Below, one piece after another: positions 55,624 through 64,000 of a DNA stretch of 64,000 nucleotides (its first letter is position 1; each line of letters starts with the position of its first letter). The notes beneath the pieces were generated by a model, which worked only from the letters and a program-made list of their open reading frames with translations, had not been told where the DNA came from and ran no database searches. Made by a program: the position numbers and the translations under genes. Source of the stretch: the human T2T-CHM13v2.0 reference genome, Homo sapiens; assembly GCF_009914755.1 (NCBI RefSeq), contig NC_060926.1. One strand, 5' to 3'.

Positions 55624-57614
55624 CTGTACAAAACAGTGTGAGAGTAATAAAAACAGCATGGCTACATAGATTTGAATAGTAATAAAGGCTTTTTTAGCTT
55701 CCTCAAAGTTGTTATATTATTATTCAGTGTCATTTTTTATGAACTTGTGTGTATATGGAGGATGGGGATACTCACAACAGCTTTCTGTTCCGATCCCATA
55801 ATGATGAGCTTGGGTCCTAAGAGTAAACCTTATTATTTTTTCCTCCCTTTGTTTCCACTTAAGATGTCAATAAAACTCAAGTATATACAATAACTTAGGT
55901 GAGCTAATAGCACGACTCATGAACTCTGAGACTCAGCCTTCCTGAGTGAGGTTGCCTACTGGAGGACCTTGAGGTGTTCCTTGGAGATTATCAGCAGTAG
56001 GTCACTCAATGAACTTTGTCAGTGCCTTTTGTAATGTTCATACTAGGATTTCAGAGTGCAAACACATAAATGCTTCTAATTTATAACAGTAGGAATATAG
56101 TTAGCTATTTGTTTTACCCTACTTATTTCATTAAAGGAGATTTTATTTTTCTTCAAAAACATGAGTACTTCGTTTTCTTTGAATTTTGCTATGTTAACTG
56201 ACAGGCTACTTTGCCCTTGGAAGACAAACAGGAGAAAAGAACCAATGTTTGTTAAGCATGTACTCACCATGTAAAACAAGGAAAGCAGGGCTTAAAGAAG
56301 TTAAACAATAGTAACTAGATTAACAGCTGTGCTCTTTCCTGACACAGGGAGCCTCCCAGAGATACTACCCAGCCGACTGCCCACCCTCTCCTGTGTGCCC
56401 ATCACACCTCCCACTGCCCTTGTTGTAGCAATGCTTGCTGCATCATGTTAAGCTGTGATCTGTTTCTAGGCCTCGGTTCCAGCTGTTCTGGATGCCTAGA
56501 AATCCATTCTCCATACTTTGCAGCATGATCTCTCTTTATTAAAGCATGAAATAGAAGTTAAAATTGCAAATATCATTTAATCTGTTATGTAATCAATGTA
56601 GTGACTCTTCCAAAAGAACTCAACTCACTTCTCTTTGTTTGAGAGTGTGACAACTTTAAAATTAAAAAGTAAAATTAAGATGAAGAACATTTTAAGATTT
56701 ACCTAGATGAAGGAGAGAAAAAACATTCAATGACACCTATCATCTGACCCTTCATAGGTAGCTATTATTAACAGTTAGCTATATATACCTTTGCCTGGCT
56801 ACTTTCAAAACAGAGCAAGTGGGCGCCACTTTTACCAGTAAGCTTTCCCACAGCCTAAATTTTACGTTCTCCTGGGTTCCCATTTTCAGCTGTGCACAAT
56901 TCTATCTTATTTCATACTGTAATATATTGACAGCAAAGATTTCCAGAATACTGACATTGAAAAATCAAGGCTGAGACCATGCACTATTCATTTTTATGTC
57001 CCATGAATTGGGCAAAGCTCTAAGCTCATAGTAGATGATTACTAAATGCCCATATAACTAAAGTGAGTTGATGTGAAAAGCTTTAGTCTGTGCAGTTTGA
57101 GTTGGGGAAATTTGGGTTAAAAGCTCATGAGAAAGATTGCCAAAATCTCCGTGAATTCACTTGCCTCGTAAGCCAGTCAGAGTCCCAGTCCTGTGATCAC
57201 TATTGTCATCAAAGAAAAGGTGCATGGGAAAAAGACACAAGAAATCAGGGCAACAATTCAGGATTTTTTTTTTAAAAAAAGGTTAGAGAGGAAATGTAGA
57301 AGGACATTGGATCCTTGAGAACAATTAATTACATCTTCAACCATCTTGCTTTCCATAGTAACAGCCAAGTTCGAGCAGCCTTCGCAGGTCTTCTTTACCT
57401 CCATGATCAAGTACTGACACTCCCACTGACTATTCCAAGCTGTTGCCTATTTTTTCAACCTATTGATACCTCTTTTACAAACCCAGAGCTGGCATGGTCT
57501 TGCACACCTACTTCACTCATGCTGTTTCGGTTCCTTGAAATGCCCTATCCAATGGCTCAAATTCCTGCTTCAAAATCCAAATCAAATTTTACTTCATTTG
57601 GGAAAGTGAATATT

Positions 57615-58010
57615 CTGTTGTAGCCTTTTCCTGCTGCTATAATAAAATGCCACAGATTAGGTAATTTATAAACAGCATAAATGTATTGCACATGGTTATG
57701 AAGCCTAGGAAGCCCTAGATCAAGGCATCAATGGGTTCAATGTTTGGTGAGGTTCTGGTTTCTATATCCAGGATGGAACCTTGAATGTTGCATTCTCCAG
57801 AGGGGAGAAATGCTGTGTCCTCACATAGCAGAAGGGAGATAAGGGCAAAAGAGACTAGGGGATTCCCTTCAGCTTCTATTATAAACTCATTAATCTCATT
57901 CATGAGAGCTTTGCCTCATGACTTAATCACCTTCTAAACACTGTACTTCTTAATACTATCACAGTTTCAACATATGTATTTTGGGGGACACATTCTGAGC
58001 AAACCACTGA
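57615..58010 (-). mobile_element. MSTC/MSTD-like MaLR solo LTR
   Basis: ctgctgctataataaaatgccacagattaggtaatttataaac...ctccagaggggagaaatgctgtgtcctcacat...tttcaacatatgtattttgggggacacatt. Confidence 0.82.
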
Positions 58011-58309
58011 CATTTTATATATTTATTACATATATCTTGCTAAAAATAAATGTTAATTTTTTGCATTAGTAATAATGTTTCCTGTATGTGTGTCTATCAC
58101 TCTGCACATCTGTCTTCCAAATTTGGTTATAAATCTCTTGAGGGCAAGATCACTTCCTCTATTTGTGCATTTCCCAGCTGTCTCAACACAGTACCTTGTA
58201 ATAGTGTATATTCCCTGCTTGGTTGGCTCAGCTTACCCGAAGGGCTCATTTCAAATTAGTTCATTTTCAAATCGGCCTAATTTTGCTGATCCTTCCTTTC
58301 CCTTTAAAC

Positions 58310-59512
58310 CTTAAAGTTCAAGTTCCCTAGGGCTCAGTCCATGCTTGGTTCTTTTCCTTTTTCTATTTACAAGCACTCCCTTTGTGGTCTCATTTCATAT
58401 CATGGTTTAATTGTCATGAAGATGCCAGTTTCTCCCAAGTTTATATTTCTACTCAGACCTCTCTCCTGGCATCTGGATTCATGTTTTCTATTGCTTTCTT
58501 GGCACTCCTTGCAAACACTTGATAGATACTTCAATAGCATGTGTCCAAAACTGGGTTCTTGATGCTCTTTCAAAGATGATTAATCTATGACCTTTCTCAT
58601 TTTAGTAAGCAGTGAATCCATGCTTATAGTTGCCCAGGCCAACATGCTCAGAGTCATTTTTGTTTCCAGTCTTTATCACCCACCCTATAATAAAGTATCC
58701 TATCAACTCTATTTTCAAATATCTGAAATCTGAATACTTCCTCCACCTTTATTGCTACCACCAGATTCTGAACCTGTAGCATTTCCCACTTAGATGCAGC
58801 TATAGCCTCTTAAATGTTCTTTTATCCTTGTTTCCTTACAGTCTATTCTCAACACAGCATTCTTTTAAAGCACTAGATAAATCATGCTACTTCTATTTTC
58901 AACATTCTGCATTGGCCTCCCATTCTTTAGCAATGACAGCCAAAACCTTTACAATGGCCTACACAGCTTTACATGACCTGTGCCCTTGTCCTTGACTTCA
59001 CCCCCAGCTCCCCCTGCCCACACACACATCCCTGGTACCTTCCAACATCAGTTATCTGTAACCCTCATTCAGCTCTAATCATACTGGACTCCTCACTGTC
59101 CCTCAGAAATGCCTCACGTATCTTGCATTGGCTGTTGCCTTTACTTGGAAATATCACCTCCAAGATATCATTATTACTAACTTTGCATCCCCAAAGTGTG
59201 TGCGCCAATGACCTCATCCCAATAAGCCATATCTTGACCAACTTATTTAAAATTGCAGTCAGTCCCTTCATCTAGCACTCCAAACTGTCTTTATGCTGTT
59301 CTATTTTTTTCTTTTTTCTCCATAGCGTGTATCACCCTCTAACACACTTCACAATTCCCAATTTATTGTATTCTTTATTGTATTCATTCTTCATTATTTG
59401 TTTTGCTCCTAGACTGTAAGTCATTGACATTTTGTTCAATTACGTATCCTAAGAATCTGTAACCATGGCTAGCACCCAGTACATACTTAAGATAAATTTT
59501 TGAATGAATAAA
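58310..59512 (+). mobile_element. L2 (L2a-like) 3' ~1.2 kb
   Basis: gttccctagggctcagtcc, tagttgcccaggccaa, tctattctcaacacagc, terminal gcacccagtacatac...ttgaatgaataaa. Confidence 0.82.
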
Positions 59513-59974
59513 ATAATAAAATAAGTTATATGAGCTTTGTATCCACTACCATTTCTCTTAAATATGTTCCTGCTACCTGTGAAACAGAAATTGGCTTAAT
59601 TATGTTCAAGTGTGTCTAGTAAATCTCTTTGCAAAGTCAGTATGGTAGTTACATTTGGTTCTGCTTTAGTGGAGCTCTGTTCCTAGTGAGGAGAAAGACA
59701 TACATATAAGGAACAGAGCATAAGGAGTGTGCAAGTAAATAGGTGTGAGCAATGACATATAGAAAATGATGGTTAATTTAAATCATGAATACTGACAGGA
59801 GAGCATGTAGCATCTAGGTAGCATCTAGGATAAACCAATTTTGACAGTATAGAAGACAGAGGATGGAATTTCTATGGAAGGAGATGGCATGATTGAAGAC
59901 TCACATGAAGAACACCTAATGTGGTTATGTGGGGAGTTTTTAGTTGAAAACACAGCAGAATGGGGCATATATGA

Positions 59975-60044
59975 TAAGCCCTCTATTCCATGCTAAGGCA
60001 CTTGTGGATGTGGTTAAGTCCTCTATTCCATGCTAAGGCATTTG
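59975..60044. repeat. 30 bp direct repeat with 40 bp period
   Basis: taag(c/t)cctctattccatgctaaggca(c/t)ttg at 59975 and 60015. Confidence 0.92.
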
Positions 60045-61506
60045 AGACTTCCTCTGTAGACATTTAAGGAAAACTGAATGTTTTCAGAATTAGGGCTGAG
60101 AGCAGACGTTTTTTATTCAAGAAAATACAGGGCTTGAGCTCACTAACCTGACACCAGGAGTGAAATCTGTGCTCATGGCACCCTCATGCTGCGTTAGCAA
60201 GTTTGTCCTGTTAAATTGGATTTACATCCTTTGACTTTATATCCTTCATTTGAATCTGGGAATAGTCTATGATTATGTGGTCTTAATATAAACTGCAGTC
60301 TTAGGTTTGTTAATTAAAGAAACAAATTTGTTATGAGAAGACATGAAAATATTATCACATATAAACACCCTATTGTATGGGTCAGAGGTATTGCAGAATT
60401 TTTTTTCCTCACTTCATAGTTGCCCACTAATTAGTTTTCATCTTGATAAGAAATTACTATCCCTCAGGCCCCTAGAAATAATTCCAATTAAGCATCACAT
60501 AATGCCAATTTAAAAACTTGGAAACTGGTCTAGGTACGCTTTGACTCAGACTGGGTTTCCCTCACTGCCACAGGGATACACAGAGCTTTAGGGGAACTCG
60601 TGTGCCCTGACAATCTGTTTCCTGGTTTCAAGGCCCTTGAAGAAGGGCCTTCAAGGCAGAAAGAAGAGCAGTTTTTGAGAAGATGGTAGATTAGGCCAGC
60701 TGTCAGGCCCCTGTGAAAACAAGCTGTACAAAAGAGTTGTGGGCTGTGGAAAACTAAACAGGCAGATTCAAATTAGCTTATGCATATTTATTCACATCAA
60801 AAATGGTGCACTTCTCTGCAGGCAGTGCAGAGTGCTGAGGGAATCTCTGTGTGGCACAGGCCTGTCACTCCTTCACTCCTTGGAAGTTGAGCTTGTAGTG
60901 TGACAGGCAGTATCACCATGTACATAAGAACAAAGTTCAGTGTGTCATAGGTAGGCTGATTGATTATTTATTTGGCATCGTGTTTTATTATCTTCACAAT
61001 TGCCATTGAAATCATCCTAAAGCAAGTCATTCACTGTCAAATAACTTTTCTCCCCTCAGGACAGATTTTAATTTTCAACTCTCATAGAAGGGGAAAAAGA
61101 AGATTTTATAATCACTAGTTGAATAAACAAGACTGAGTAAATCATAGTCTGAGACCCTTCTCATGTACATTTTAATCAAAAAGCAAGCATTAAACACATA
61201 TCAAAAGGATAAAGAGAGACATGAAAGTGCAAATGGGCTGTGAAACCTGTTTTGGGTGGAAAGCCAGTCTCATGGGGGCAACTAGTGAGTGTTGGGCTGG
61301 GGAGGGAGTTGGTGGCTTGTAGGCATGTGAGCAGCAAGTGCCAGTCTAATCTTTTTTCTATCTGGGAACCTTGTTTGCCTCATGAGTCATCAACATTTGT
61401 TATTACTAAAATAGTGCCCAAGGTAGACATGTGAAGATCTCCATCTCACTTCTTTTTCTTTTCAATTTCATACTCTCCCTTGGATGATCTGATTCTCTTC
61501 CATTGC

Positions 61507-61790
61507 ACCTTTGGGAGGTGATTAGGTCATGAGGGTGGAGTCCTCATGGATGAGATTAGTGCCTTCATGAAAGAGACCTCAGAGAGCTGCCTTGTCCTTT
61601 CCACCATGTGAGGACACTGCAAGAGGATGCTGTCTATGAATCAGAAAGCAGTCCTTCACCAAACACCAAATTTGCTGGCCACTTGATCATGAACTTCTCA
61701 TCCTCCAGAACTGTAAGGAATAAATTTTTCTTGTTTATAAGGTATCCAATCTATGGTATTTTGTAATATCAGCCTGCACAAACCAAGACC
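61507..61790 (+). mobile_element. MLT1A-like MaLR LTR, 5'-truncated
   Basis: cctttgggaggtgattaggtcatgagggtggag...ccatgtgaggacac...cctccagaactgtaaggaataaa. Confidence 0.85.
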
Positions 61791-63024
61791 CTAATCTAAT
61801 CACAGCTAATGATTGACCACAAAATCCATGAGCATAATTCAATAATGGCTAAGATTCTGTACTAAATTCCAGACTTGTAAATCCCATCTTCTACTGTGAC
61901 AGTTTCCCAGTCCCAGGCATTTCCAAATTACTGTGAACATAGATGGACTCATCATGAATGCCTTTTCTGGCATTCCTAAGCTTCTCTGTGATCAATGACT
62001 ACGGGAACATGTAGGTACCATCATATTTGATTATCATTACAAAGTTGGGATTATAAACAGATATTTTATTCTGATTTACTGTTTATATTTCAATGTTTAA
62101 TTTTAAGCAGAAGAAAGCACCATAGGCATAACTTTAAATGAAATATCATCATGTGATTCATATGGAGAAACAATATCAGTCTGATGAATTATATATTATT
62201 GCAAAAGTAAAATACTTCAGCTGTTTTACCATAATTATTTATTTACTAGTAATTTTATAAACCCTGAAGTAGTTAAATGGGGGAAAAGGTTGACAGTTAA
62301 ATCAACGATTGTGAGTGTATGTTAGCTAGATAACTTTAGAAAAAACATTATGTTCCTTTTGAGCCAAATTTTTTTTTAACAAATTAAAAATAATATAGCA
62401 TAGAATAATAAATAATCTTACAATGTAATGTGTATAGAATTAAATGGTGAACCGTAAGGTTCATAACTTTAACCAAAATAGCGTTGAGAAAATATTTTTC
62501 AATTATAGTTGTTTGATACCATGAACACCAAGAATCAAACAATTTTCAAAAACTATTTGGCAATTATTGTTATGAAAAAAATGTCAACTGTATTACCCCA
62601 AAATTTCACTATACATAATAGCACCAACCTCATTTATACTAGCACTAACAGTAAGCCATACTCATAGCTTGGAGTCATAATATTTAATCAAAAAGTTTGA
62701 TGAAATGATTGTTAAAGAATTGTCAACCATTTTCAATAAAGACGAATAATTTTTTTTTAGTTTTTCTTAATGTATAAATGCTTGGTAAAGTCTTATTTCT
62801 AGAAAACATGCTTATGAAAATATGTCTTTATTTAATAATAATATGTGCTGGGCAAAAAAAAAAAGGAATTTATTCAGTGTGCCACTTTTGTCTCGTTGGA
62901 TATTTGGGAGAGAAACAATGAAAAACATTTTTTACAAAAACTTTGGTGTGAATTAACAATTATACTTTTGGTAAATTTGTTTGGTGAAAGATTTCAGCAT
63001 CTTAAGCAGCTAGCAACATAGTGA

Positions 63025-63369
<345 letters not shown>

Positions 63370-63459
63370 AGAAATATTTTTAGAATGGCAAAATGCACTA
63401 TGCAATGATTATAACAACGGAACCAGGCTTTGAGTAGTTTAGGAATCTCAAGGAAGCAA

Positions 63460-63632
63460 TATATATATTGCTTATAATATGACTATAAGCTATATATATA
63501 TAGTGTGTGTGCATATATATGCATATATATGTATATATGTATATGTATCTATATGCATATATGTATATGTGTATATATATGCATATATATATAGTGTGAG
63601 TGTGTGTGTGTGTGTATATATATATACACACA
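63460..63632 (+). repeat. (TA)n/(TG)n compound microsatellite
   Basis: Seen directly; source of the low-complexity ORFs 63398..63631 and 63479..63730. Confidence 0.92.
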
Positions 63633-64000
63633 GTCTTGTTTATTATTGCTATCTGGTCAAAGACAACCTACATGATGGAATCCAAAAGTTTGTAACCTTT
63701 CTTGTCACATACAAAATATTTAACCAGTAGGGAATGACAGCTATTAGATTTTTGACAGGCTGCTTAAGCAAAAGAAAGCTTTTATATTATACCATGCAGA
63801 TAACAATAATGCAGAGCTTGCAGAGAAAAAAAGCTCATTTGCTGAAACCTGCTGAATAATCAAACTGTTTTATTTCAAGAGTGCAAGAATTCCTTATTAA
63901 AAAAATCTCCTGTAAAGATATACAAATCATTCCACTCCAGGAAAGAAGCTGAAATTGGTGTCACGCAACGAAAGCTGAGTTGTAGATGGAAACTCAGAGC

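Overview
AT-rich, CpG-depleted primate genomic DNA (ape- or human-like; AluY is present). I find no supportable protein-coding gene, RNA gene or CpG island, so the window looks intergenic or deep-intronic. Most of it is interspersed repeat: 13 Alu copies plus a FAM monomer, several L1s (one near-full-length L1MA with both target-site duplications (TSDs)), L2 and MIR relics, solo LTRs (MER11, LTR8, MLT1/MST, LTR16-like) and DNA transposons (Tigger1, Tigger3a/MER7, MER2). The listed ORFs are repeat-derived or chance. I see no evidence for a new gene system. The most notable signal is structural: an apparent ~2.6 kb inversion (~49640-52214) that splits both an L1 and a Tigger1. There are also three 5'-inverted (twin-primed) L1 insertions, one with an unusually distant inverted fragment, an Alu-L1 deletion junction producing a 207-codon chimeric ORF, and a small inverted templated insertion. 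Repeat subfamily names come from recalled consensus sequences and need RepeatMasker/Dfam confirmation.
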